From: an uncultured delta proteobacterium | Lineage (GTDB): Bacteria; Myxococcota_A; Polyangia; Palsa-1104 | Assembly: GCA_963785725.1 (NCBI GenBank) | Contig: CAWAWS010000020.1 | Span: 64,001 to 128,000, forward strand | DNA length: 64,000 nt | Reading direction: 5' to 3' | In this document: positions 1-8,956 of the stretch, in pieces | Layout of the letters: the number at the start of each line of letters is the position of its first letter | How positions within the stretch are numbered: the first letter of the stretch is position 1 | Notes under the pieces: generated by a model | Database searches by the model: none | What the model saw: only the letters and a program-made list of their open reading frames with translations | Told to the model about the DNA's origin: nothing | Made by a program: the position numbers and the translations under genes

Positions 1-1
1 T

Positions 2-568
2 CAGCAGGCGCGCGGGCAATCGCCGCTGTGGGCCGGCCTCTTGCTGGCGCCGCAAGGGATCGGCATGCTGCTGACGCTGCCGCAGATCGGCAAGCTCACC
101 GACCGCTTCGACAACGGCAAGATCGTCCTCATCGGTGTCGCGGCGATGCTCGTCGGCACGCTCGCCTTCATGAGCGTCACCGATCAAAGCTCATATGCTC
201 TTTTGAGTATTTCACTGCTCGTTCGCGGCGCCGGGCTGGGCGCGACGGCGACGCCGGCGCTGGCGGCGGCCTATCGCAGCCTCTCGCGCGACGAAATCCC
301 CAACGCGACGACCGCCATGAACATCGTGCAGCGGCTGGGCGCGCCGCTCGGCACGGCGGCGATGGCGGTCGCGCTGCAGCGCTTCGTCACCCGCGCCGGC
401 GGGCCGACCGCGTCGCACGCCGCGCTGGCGCACGCCTTTGCCAACACGTTCATCTTCAGCGCCGCGCTGACGCTGCCGGCGCTCTTCGGCGGCTTGGCGC
501 TCATTCGCCGGCGCGCGCCGAAGACCGCGCGGATTGACAACGATGGGCCCAGCCCGATGAAAACCTGA
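2..568 (+). CDS. MFS transporter, DHA2/EmrB-like, C-terminal part (5' end outside window)
   Basis: Frame open from base 2; TM helices with GKLTDRF loop and ATTAMNIVQRLGAPLGTA motif typical of DHA2 MFS. Confidence 0.85.
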   Translation, partial: QQARGQSPLWAGLLLAPQGIGMLLTLPQIGKLTDRFDNGKIVLIGVAAMLVGTLAFMSVTDQSSYALLSISLLVRGAGLGATATPALAAAYRSLSRDEIPNATTAMNIVQRLGAPLGTAAMAVALQRFVTRAGGPTASHAALAHAFANTFIFSAALTLPALFGGLALIRRRAPKTARIDNDGPSPMKT

Positions 569-601
569 ACGATCGAGCCACTCGTCAAAGGAGAAGAACA
601 G

Positions 602-946
602 ATGCCTTGGTACGCGTATGTCTTGCAAGTCGTGAGCGGTCTATTGATTACCAATGGGATTCCCCATTTCGTGCAAGGGCTGAGCGGCCATCCCTTTCAA
701 TCGCCCTTCGCGAAACCGCCCGGCATTGGCGAATCGTCACCGCTCTCGAATGTCTATTGGGGCTTTTCCAATCTAGTCGGGGGCGCGGCGCTGTTGGCCA
801 AGTTCGCGCCCACGTCCGCGCACGACTATCTCGGCTGGGGCCTGTTTTGCGCCGGGTCGCTCGCGATCGGGACGCAGCTGGCGCTCCATTTCGGCAAGGT
901 GCGCGCGGGAAATTACACGGCCACGACGCGCAAAGCGCAAAGCTAA
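602..946 (+). CDS. Small hypothetical membrane protein
   Basis: AAGGAG RBS; three hydrophobic segments; NGIPHFVQG..PFQSPFAKPPG. Confidence 0.8.
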   Translation: MPWYAYVLQVVSGLLITNGIPHFVQGLSGHPFQSPFAKPPGIGESSPLSNVYWGFSNLVGGAALLAKFAPTSAHDYLGWGLFCAGSLAIGTQLALHFGKVRAGNYTATTRKAQS

Positions 947-956
947 AGGAGTGACG

Positions 957-1532
957 ATGCTCAAGCTCGAGACGAACAAGACGGCTTTGTTGGTGATGGA
1001 CATGCAAAGCGAGATCGTGCCGATGTTGGGCGACAAAGGCCCGGCGCTCGTCGAGCGAACGGCGGGCGTGGTGGCGGCGGCGCGTCGCGCGAAGCTGCCG
1101 ATCATCTATGTCGCCGTAGGCTTTCGCGCGGGCTATCCCGAGCTCAACCTGCGCAATGCCACGTTCGCGGCGGTGGCCAAGACCGGTCGCTTTCAGACGA
1201 TGACGCCCGAGATCGTGCCCGCGCTGGCGCCGCAGGGCGAGGAGGTCGTCGTCGTCAAACATCGCGTCAGCGCCTTTGCCGGCACCGATCTCGAGGTCGT
1301 TTTGCGCGCCCAGGGGATCGAGACGCTCGTGCTGCTCGGCATCTCCACGAGCGGCGTCGTGCTCTCGACCGTGCGCCACGGCTCCGACGCCGACTATCGC
1401 ATCGTCGTCGTCAAAGACTGCTGTGGCGACGGCGACGACGAGGTGCACCGCGTGCTGACCGAGAAGGTCTTCGTGCGCCAAGCGACCGTGGTCAATGCCA
1501 ATGAAGTGATCGAAGCACTGCAATCGGTGTGA
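957..1532 (+). CDS. Isochorismatase-like (cysteine hydrolase family) protein
   Basis: ALLVMDMQ, KHRVSAF, GISTSGVVLST, DADY..KDCC motifs; AGGAG RBS favours ATG 957. Confidence 0.9.
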   Translation: MLKLETNKTALLVMDMQSEIVPMLGDKGPALVERTAGVVAAARRAKLPIIYVAVGFRAGYPELNLRNATFAAVAKTGRFQTMTPEIVPALAPQGEEVVVVKHRVSAFAGTDLEVVLRAQGIETLVLLGISTSGVVLSTVRHGSDADYRIVVVKDCCGDGDDEVHRVLTEKVFVRQATVVNANEVIEALQSV

Positions 1533-1611
1533 CCGCAATCGCCGCAATCGCTCGATTGGCCTGTTCCGTATCGCCTTCGGCCGCGCCGACGCGGTAGCCT
1601 CGATTTCATGA

Positions 1612-1882
1612 AGCGGTCGGCTCATCTTCGAGGCGGTCGCCGGCACGCGCTTCATCGGCAGTCAGACGGCCGGCGCCAACGGCGACGTGACCGCGCTCGT
1701 CATGCCCGGCAATTTGCGCACGAGCTTCACCGGCCACGAGGTGCGCCACGCCGACGGCCGCCAGCTGCAGCGTGTCGGGCTAGCATCCCGACATCGAAGC
1801 GCACGCGACGATCAAGGGGCTACAAAGCGGTCGCGACGAAGTGCTCGAGCGCGCCCTGCAGCTCGTTCGCAGCGGCAAGTAG
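1612..1882 (+). pseudogene. C-terminal relic of an S41-family peptidase
   Basis: FIGSQTAGANGDVT..MPG..FTG..DGRQLQRVGL, then after a +1 shift near 1783 HPDIEA..TIKGLQSGRDEVLERAL*; in-frame stop at 1609 and no catalytic Ser region. Confidence 0.7.
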
Positions 1883-2189
1883 CCGCGCGCGGCCTTCCGT
1901 CTGGATAGCCGACCCGCCAGCGCGGCGGCGGACGTCGAATCGCGCGAGGCCACTTCAGCCAAACAGCCTCTTTCGCGCATCCGCGCGGCTCCTCGCGCCC
2001 GTCTACGAACACTTCGAAGCTACAGCAGCCGGCGTATTCCGCGGCTTTCATGTTGCTTCCCGGGCTACGCGCGAAAATGTCGCATACGAATGAGAGCAAC
2101 CTCAATCACCAATGATTCTTGGCACTTGTGATCCATATCGCGCGATGTGACGGAATGGCGCGGAAAGTGAAGAGACGCGCATCACTCGA

Positions 2190-3036
2190 ATGAACGCCAA
2201 AAACATCTATGTGCGAATGTCGATTGCGGCGCTGCTCGGCGGCCCTTTGTTGACGACGACGGGAACGGCGCACGCGCAAGGTCCGGCGGCGGCGCGCGGC
2301 GGCGGCCAACGATCCCGAAGTCGAGGCGGCGCGGCAGCACTTCAAGAAGGGCAACCGGCTCTTCGATTTGCAGCGCTATACCGAAGCCGCGAAGGAGTAC
2401 GAGGCGGCGTACGAGGCCAAGGACGATCCGGCGCTGCTCTTCAATATCGGGCAGGCGTATCGCTTGGCGGCCGATTATCCGAAGGCGATCGGCGCGTACA
2501 AGTCGTTCTTGCGGCGTAATCCGGCGGCGAAGAATCGCGCCGAGCTGGAGACGCGCATCGCCGACCTGCAGCGGCTCGTCGCCGAGCAGAAGCGCACGGA
2601 AGAGGCCACGCCGGCGGACACGGCGCCGCCGACCGACCTGCACGCGACGACCGAGCCGACGGCGCCGGCGCCGCAGCGCGTGTCGTATATCGACTGGAAT
2701 GCCGGCAAGCAGCGGCGCCGCGCGGGCATCGGACTCATGGCCGGCGGCGGCGCGCTCATCATCGGCGGCGCCGTCGTCACCAGCCTCGCCTACTCGCTGC
2801 AGTCGCAACAGAGCCAGCCGTCGAAGGGCACGGCGTTCGATCCGTCGGCGCCGTCGCGGCTGCGCACCGAGCAGGCGACGGGCGCGGTGCTGCTCGGCGT
2901 CGGCGCGGGCGCGGCGGTGGCGGGCGCGATCTCCTATTATTTAGGGCGCAAAGCGACGCATCAGGAGCGGCTGGCGGTGGCGCCGATCGTCGGTAACGGC
3001 GCCGTGGGTCTGACGTTGGCGGGGGTGCTGCAGTGA
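2190..3036 (+). CDS. Secreted TPR protein with C-terminal hydrophobic hairpin; frameshifted near 2295
   Basis: Signal peptide (..TAHAQ) in one frame; TPR ARQHFKKGNRLF..PALLFNIGQAYR in the +1 frame, which has a stop at 2251. Confidence 0.8.
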
Positions 3037-4265
3037 TTCGCGCTGGTTTTCTCGCGTTTTTGTTGTCGGCCACGGGCTGCCTCGCGATCTCGCCGCTCGA
3101 CGGCGCGCTCTCTTGCTCGCCCGGCGGCCACCAATGCCCGTCCGGCTATTACTGCGCGACGGCGAGCAACACCTGCTTCCACGACGGCCACAGCGACGAT
3201 GGCAGCGCGCCTGCCGGCGGCGACCTGAGCTCGGGCGGCGGCGACATGGTCACGGCCACCTGCGTCTTGCCGACCGACTGCCCGCCCGCGCCCTCGTGTT
3301 TCCAGCAGGAGTGCGTCAAAGGTGAATGTGGCCTCGTCGCCACCAACAGCGGCACGGCGCTGCCGCCGGCGCTGCAGACGCCCAACGACTGCCAAGAGCT
3401 GCAGTGCGACGGCGCCGGCAACACGATGACCGTGCCCGATCCGACCGACGTACCGCTCGATCCGACGGGCGGCTGCAACACGACGAGCTGCAACGGCGCC
3501 GCGCAAGTGCTGACGCCGACCGCGTCCGGCACCGCGTGCACCGAGACGGCCAAAGGCATCTGCAACGGCGCCGGCGTCTGCGGCGTCTGCAAACCGGGCA
3601 CGACCCAGTGCAGCTCGACGACCGAGCAGCAGCTGTGCACGAGCGCCGGCACGTGGATGGACAACATGACCTGCAGCGGCACGTGCAGCGGCGGCGTCTG
3701 CGCGGGCACGTGCAACGCGACCAATTACGCGGCCAACTGCGTGGGCACGACGCTGCAGACGTGCACCAGCAACAACATCGTCGGCAGCTCGTGCCAATAC
3801 GCGTGCTGCAGCGGCGCCTGCACCGGCACCTGCACGCCCAACACCACCACCTGCGGCTCGACGACCAGCGTCACCAGCTGCAGCGCCTGCGGCGTGCCGA
3901 CGACGACCGCGTGCGGCGGCGCGACGCCCTATTGCAACGCCGGCAAATGCGTCTCCTGCCAGCCGGGCGCGCAGCGCTGCTGCGCCGACGGCAACGCGGC
4001 CGATTCGCAGACCTGCGCCGCCGACGGCTCGGGCTGGAGCGCCTGCGCGCCGTGCCAGACGAAGGCGGGCGCGACGTTCACGTGCGGCACGGCCACCGCG
4101 ACGACGATCACCTGCGGCTGCGCGACGACCGTCAACGCCTGCGCCAGCTACGGCTGCGGCGAAGCCACGAACGCCTGCGGGCAGAGCGTCGATTGCGGCG
4201 ACTGCGGCGGCGGCAACGCCGTCTGCACCAACCATCAGTGCAAGTGCATCGGCCTGTGCATGTAA
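3033..4265 (+). CDS. Cysteine-rich lipoprotein
   Basis: GTGA overlap with the TPR gene; lipobox LSATGC; dozens of spaced Cys in Thr/Gly-rich repeats. Confidence 0.85.
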   Translation: MIRAGFLAFLLSATGCLAISPLDGALSCSPGGHQCPSGYYCATASNTCFHDGHSDDGSAPAGGDLSSGGGDMVTATCVLPTDCPPAPSCFQQECVKGECGLVATNSGTALPPALQTPNDCQELQCDGAGNTMTVPDPTDVPLDPTGGCNTTSCNGAAQVLTPTASGTACTETAKGICNGAGVCGVCKPGTTQCSSTTEQQLCTSAGTWMDNMTCSGTCSGGVCAGTCNATNYAANCVGTTLQTCTSNNIVGSSCQYACCSGACTGTCTPNTTTCGSTTSVTSCSACGVPTTTACGGATPYCNAGKCVSCQPGAQRCCADGNAADSQTCAADGSGWSACAPCQTKAGATFTCGTATATTITCGCATTVNACASYGCGEATNACGQSVDCGDCGGGNAVCTNHQCKCIGLCM

Positions 4266-4389
4266 CGCCCGCGTCGTCGTCGCTTATGGCTCGGCGTCTC
4301 GCGCTTGGAGCGCGGCGCCAGCGAAGGCGACAGCGGACCTTATCGCTGAACAGCATCTCAATGGCTTACGCGACGCTATGCCTGTCGCG

Positions 4390-5727
4390 TCAACTTACGC
4401 GGCGTTTGAAGCGGAATGTAAACGTCGTGCCGCGCGGGCCGGAGTCGGTGACCTCGATGGTGCCGCCATGCGCCGCCATGATCTTGCGGCATAACGCCAA
4501 GCCCAAGCCGTACCCGCCGGTCTCGCGCACGCGCGATTTGTCGACCCGATAAAACGGCTCGAATATCGCCGTCCGCTCGCCCACGGGAATGCCGTGACCA
4601 TGGTCGCGCACGGCGATGACGACGTCGCCGCTCTCCGCGTCGCTGCCGACGCTGACCTCGACCGGCCGCTCTTGATGCCGCGAATGCGTAATCGCGTTCT
4701 CCAGCACATTCTTGAGCGCGATCTCGATGCGCTTCGGATCGACCGAGAATTTGAGCTGCGGATTGACCGACTGCACGACCACCCCCGGCCGCGTGCCCGC
4801 GAGCTTGGCCGCCACCTCCTGCACCAGCGCGTCGACGCCGGTCTCTTGCAGCGACAATCCGCCGCTGGCCGCGTCGAGCCGCGCCGACTCCAATAGCTCG
4901 GCGATCATGATCTCGAGATCGCGAATGCTCTTGTGGACCTGCTCTTTGGACAGCTCATCGTCGAGCTCGAGCGCCACTTTGAGCCGCGTAATCGGCGAGC
5001 GCAGCTCGTGACTGACGTCCAATAAGAGCTGCTCGCGCGAGCTCAACATACGCGCAATCTCGCGCGTCATATCATTAAATGAATTGGTCAGATCGCCCAA
5101 TTCATCGTCATTTCCCGTACGAATCTGCACGTTGAGCTGCCCGGCGTGCACCAAGCTGACGCCATCGGACAGCCATTGCAGCGGCTTCAAAATGAAGCGA
5201 ATGGCCACGTAATTCAGCGTCAACGCCAACAAGAAGACGCCGATGAGCATCGGCCACCACTCCGGCCGCTCGTCGAGAAAGGTGTCGTTTTCGTAGGAGA
5301 ACAAGAAGGTATAACCGGGACGCGTCAGCTCGACGAAGATGCGACCGCCGCGGCTCACGACCTTGACGCTCGGCTCCCACACGCAGCGATGGCCGGCGTC
5401 GGGGTGCTCGATGGGCGAGATCGGCTGCGTCGCGAAGTCGCAATCGGATCCTTGAATCTTCAGATCCATTCCCGTTTGCGCGACGATCGCTTTGGCGACC
5501 TCCAAGTTCGGCGGCGTGCCGATGCGATCGGCGACGAGCTCGGCATAGAGCTCGCGATTGCGATTGCGGCTCTCCCAGACGCGATCGTGGACATTGAGAA
5601 AATGCGCGGCGATGGCCCAAATCGCCAGCACGATCAATAAGCCGGTGCCGAGGAACACCACTAAGAGCTTGGTGAAGATCGAACGCCGAATGGTCGCGAG
5701 GAACGCCTTGGGCTGCTTAGTCTTCAG
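4390..5727 (-). CDS. HAMP-domain sensor histidine kinase (start CTG 5727 or GTG 5661)
   Basis: Two TM, HAMP (DELGDLTNSFNDM), H-box SHELRSP, N box, DHGHGI, GYGLGL. Confidence 0.92.
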   Translation of the reverse strand: MKTKQPKAFLATIRRSIFTKLLVVFLGTGLLIVLAIWAIAAHFLNVHDRVWESRNRNRELYAELVADRIGTPPNLEVAKAIVAQTGMDLKIQGSDCDFATQPISPIEHPDAGHRCVWEPSVKVVSRGGRIFVELTRPGYTFLFSYENDTFLDERPEWWPMLIGVFLLALTLNYVAIRFILKPLQWLSDGVSLVHAGQLNVQIRTGNDDELGDLTNSFNDMTREIARMLSSREQLLLDVSHELRSPITRLKVALELDDELSKEQVHKSIRDLEIMIAELLESARLDAASGGLSLQETGVDALVQEVAAKLAGTRPGVVVQSVNPQLKFSVDPKRIEIALKNVLENAITHSRHQERPVEVSVGSDAESGDVVIAVRDHGHGIPVGERTAIFEPFYRVDKSRVRETGGYGLGLALCRKIMAAHGGTIEVTDSGPRGTTFTFRFKRRVS

Positions 5728-6439
5728 GCGACACCTCGCCGATGAAGCGATAACCGGTGCCCCACATCGTCTTCAAATAGCGCGGCGCTTTGGGGTCGTC
5801 TTTGAGCTTATGCCTCAAGCGACTAATCAAGACGTCGACCGAGCGATCGACGCTGTTCCATTCGTGACCGCGCAGCTGCGCCACGATCTGATCGCGCGAC
5901 AACGTTTGACCGGGATTGCGTATCAACAAGCTGAGAATGTCGAACTCGGTGACGGTCAATTCGAGCGGCTCGCCGTCCAACGTCGCCGCGCCCTTGGCCA
6001 CATCGACCTCCAATTCGGCGGAGCGATAGAGTTGGCGCTGTTTATTGCGGCGCGGATAGTCTTCGGTGCGCCGCAAGACCGACTGAATGCGCGCCACCAG
6101 CTCACGCGGCTCGAAAGGCTTCGGCATATAGTCGTCGGCGCCCATTTCCAGACCGACGACGCGGTCGCTCAAATCGCCGCGCGCCGTCAACATGATGATC
6201 GGCAGTACGGCGTTGGCGCGGATCTGCTTACAGATCTCGAAGCCACTCTGGCCGGGCAACATGACGTCGAGCACGACCAGCACCGGCGCTTCCGTCGTCA
6301 ACAGCGCCAGCCCGTCTTTGCCGTTGGTCGCCGACACGACCTCGAAGTCGAACTTCGCCAAATAGCGCGCCAGCAGCTGATTCAGCTCGCGATCGTCGTC
6401 GATGATGAGGACTTTCTTCCGCTCGTTCGCTTGCGGCAT
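5717..6439 (-). CDS. OmpR-family response regulator
   Basis: IIDDD, LDVMLP, KPF receiver motifs; winged helix RSVDVLISRLR..TMWGTGY. Confidence 0.95.
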   Translation of the reverse strand: MPQANERKKVLIIDDDRELNQLLARYLAKFDFEVVSATNGKDGLALLTTEAPVLVVLDVMLPGQSGFEICKQIRANAVLPIIMLTARGDLSDRVVGLEMGADDYMPKPFEPRELVARIQSVLRRTEDYPRRNKQRQLYRSAELEVDVAKGAATLDGEPLELTVTEFDILSLLIRNPGQTLSRDQIVAQLRGHEWNSVDRSVDVLISRLRHKLKDDPKAPRYLKTMWGTGYRFIGEVSPED

Positions 6440-6448
6440 GCCGTTAGA

Positions 6449-8251
6449 TTAGCCCAGTTTTCCGAGCGCGCCGAGCACGACGCCGGCGTTCAACACTTCG
6501 GGCAGCGGCATGGCCGCGCTCTCTTTGCCACGCGGATAGACGACATAAAAAGGCACGCCATTGCGACCGAAGGCGTTGAGCGCCTGCGTAATCATCGGGT
6601 CTTCATTGGTCCAATCGGCTTTGAGCAGCACGAAGCCCAACTCGGTGAGCTTCTTTTTCACTTCGTCGGAATGAAAGATGACCGTCTCGTTGACCTTACA
6701 CGACACACACCACGCGGCCGTGAAGTCGACGAAGACGGGACGACCTTGCGCGCGATAGGCCCCCAACTTCTCCGGCGAATAGGCTTCCCAAATGAGCGCG
6801 TCGCTCTTTTGAATCGTGGTCTCGACGGGCGTCGGCGACAGCTGCGGCTTGGTCAGCGCCAGGCTGGACGACGTGACGACAGCCAGGCCCAACACGATCG
6901 CCATCGGCGCCGTGCGCGCAAAGCGCGAATAGAGCCACGCGGTAAAGCCCAAGCCGACGAAAGCGGTCATCAATAATAGTAGACCGGTCGATGATGATTG
7001 CAGGCTCAAGACCCAGGCCAGCCACAGCGTCGTGCCGAAGATGAGGAACGCCATCACGTGCTTCACCGTCTCCATCCACGCGCCCGGCTTGGGCAGGATG
7101 CGACCCAATCCCGGCAGATAGCAGATGAGCAAGTAAGGCAGCGCCAGGCCGAAGCCGAGCGCCGTGAAGATGGCGAAGACGATGAGCGGCGATTGGCTGA
7201 GCGCGAAGCCGACGGCGGCGCCCATGAACGGCGCCGTGCACGGCGTGGCGACGACGGTGGCGAGCACGCCGGTGAAGAACGGACCGGCCAAGCCCGAGCG
7301 GCGCGTCAGGCCGTCGCCGACGCTGACGAAGGCGCCGTAGATTTCGAAGACGCCCAGCAAATTGAGGCCGAAGACGAACAGAATGCAGGCCAGGACGAAC
7401 ACGAAATGGGGCGACTGCAGCTGAAATCCCCAGCCGATATGCCGGCCACCGAGCCGCAACGCGACCAAAGTGGCGACGAGCGCCCAAAACGACACGAGGA
7501 TGCCGAGCGTGTAAGCCCAGCCCATCTTGCGGACGTCGCGACGATGCTCGCCGGACATTTGCAGGACGCTCAACGCCTTGATCGAGAGGATCGGGAAGAC
7601 GCACGGCATGAGGTTCAATAAGAGGCCGCCCAATAACGCGAATAAGATCGGAAGCCATATCGATCCATTGGCGCGCGGCGTCGCCGGCGTGGCTGCGACA
7701 GCGGGCGTGTCGTTCGTCGCCGCGGGCGGCGCGCTCGCCGCGGCCGGCAGCTGCTTGGCGACCGCGGCGAACCGCGGCTGCTGCGCGGCGTTTGGCACCG
7801 GTTCAGCGCCAATTGGCAGCACCAAGCGCAGCGTGGCCTTGCCGGGGACGCACGTCTCGCCGCACGCCAGCCAGCTGACCTCGGGCGCGAGCACGACCGC
7901 CGTCGCCGACGGCGATTCGCCGATGGTGACGCGAAACGGCAGGCGCACCTGGTCGCGATAGCCGTAGCTGACGGTGCCGCCGGCGGCGATCGTCTCCGGC
8001 GTCGGCCACATGAGCTCGCCGGGCGCGAAGTCGTCATGCGCGCTCCAGGTCACGCGCGGCGCCGTGCCGACTTCACCCGGGTCTTTCCAATAGACGTGCC
8101 AGCCCTTCTCGATCTGCAGATCGACCGCCGCCAGAAAGCGCTGGCCCGGCGCGACCTGCGTCATCTCCGCGACGAGCGCAGCATGGACGGGCTCGGGCTC
8201 GGCGTGCGCCAACGCCGGAATCAACAGCAGGATGAAGCCGAGACGATGCAT
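6449..8251 (-). CDS. dsbD: Thiol:disulfide interchange protein, DsbD family
   Basis: N domain GWHVYWKDPG..ACGETCVPG; TM domain MPCVFP and TPCTAPF; thioredoxin FTAAWCVSCK. Confidence 0.9.
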   Translation of the reverse strand: MHRLGFILLLIPALAHAEPEPVHAALVAEMTQVAPGQRFLAAVDLQIEKGWHVYWKDPGEVGTAPRVTWSAHDDFAPGELMWPTPETIAAGGTVSYGYRDQVRLPFRVTIGESPSATAVVLAPEVSWLACGETCVPGKATLRLVLPIGAEPVPNAAQQPRFAAVAKQLPAAASAPPAATNDTPAVAATPATPRANGSIWLPILFALLGGLLLNLMPCVFPILSIKALSVLQMSGEHRRDVRKMGWAYTLGILVSFWALVATLVALRLGGRHIGWGFQLQSPHFVFVLACILFVFGLNLLGVFEIYGAFVSVGDGLTRRSGLAGPFFTGVLATVVATPCTAPFMGAAVGFALSQSPLIVFAIFTALGFGLALPYLLICYLPGLGRILPKPGAWMETVKHVMAFLIFGTTLWLAWVLSLQSSSTGLLLLMTAFVGLGFTAWLYSRFARTAPMAIVLGLAVVTSSSLALTKPQLSPTPVETTIQKSDALIWEAYSPEKLGAYRAQGRPVFVDFTAAWCVSCKVNETVIFHSDEVKKKLTELGFVLLKADWTNEDPMITQALNAFGRNGVPFYVVYPRGKESAAMPLPEVLNAGVVLGALGKLG

Positions 8252-8285
8252 ACCCCTGATGTAGCAACGCGACCGCCGGCACGGT

Positions 8286-8320
8286 TTTGCAGTTGTGTGA
8301 GAAGTTGTGAACAGATGTTA
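8286..8320 (-). promoter_or_regulatory. Putative OmpR-family binding site upstream of dsbD
   Basis: Minus strand TAACA-N5-TCACA-N5-TCACA-N5-GCAAA, 10-bp period, 35-70 bp upstream of the ATG. Confidence 0.55.
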
Positions 8321-8425
8321 ATGAGCGCAGGCCTGCCGATGCAGCTCGCCAACCACTTGTTTTTCGCGGCGAAGTGAGCAGAGGCGCAGCTCAAATAGGC
8401 GCTGACACGATATCGTCTGCGCTTC

Positions 8426-8868
8426 ATGCTGCGCGCGGTCTCGCTGGTCGCAATCGTCGTCTTATGTGGCCACGCGCGCGCCGATGAACGCATGCGCCCA
8501 TATCGTGCGCGCCCTTATGATCTGCAGCTCGCGGTCGAGCCGCGGACCATTCGCGGCCAGGTCGGCATGACGCTGAGCGCGACTGCGGAAGAGATGGGTC
8601 GGTGACGATGCTGCTCCATCAGCTGGCGCACGAGCCCGACCTCGCCGGCCGCTTCGAAGCCGCGACCGAGCTGGAGGCGCGCTGCCCGACGATGCCGCCG
8701 CCGCGCGATCCGGAGTGCGCGCGACTGGCGGAGGTCGTCGCGGCGCGGGCCACGCGAGCGCCTGCGCGAGCTCGAGCAGCGCCTCGTCGCACCGGCGCCG
8801 CCATGAACGACGACGAACGCGCGGCCGCGCAGTATAGTGGCGGCAGATGGCGCCTCGCCCATTCGTGA
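8426..8868 (+). pseudogene. Probable M1 aminopeptidase relic with large internal deletion
   Basis: 8426-8605: signal peptide then YDLQLAVEPRTIRGQVGMTL; 8602-8868: LLHQLAHEPDLAGRFEAATEL, resembling the HEAT-like C-terminal region; no HExxH core. Confidence 0.45.
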
Positions 8869-8956
8869 CTTCGCGCACGCTCGAACCGATCGGCAACATC
8901 GCGCGCGTGCCGACAGCGCTGGCGAGCGGCGCCGGCTGCGACGCCCGCGCACGTCG

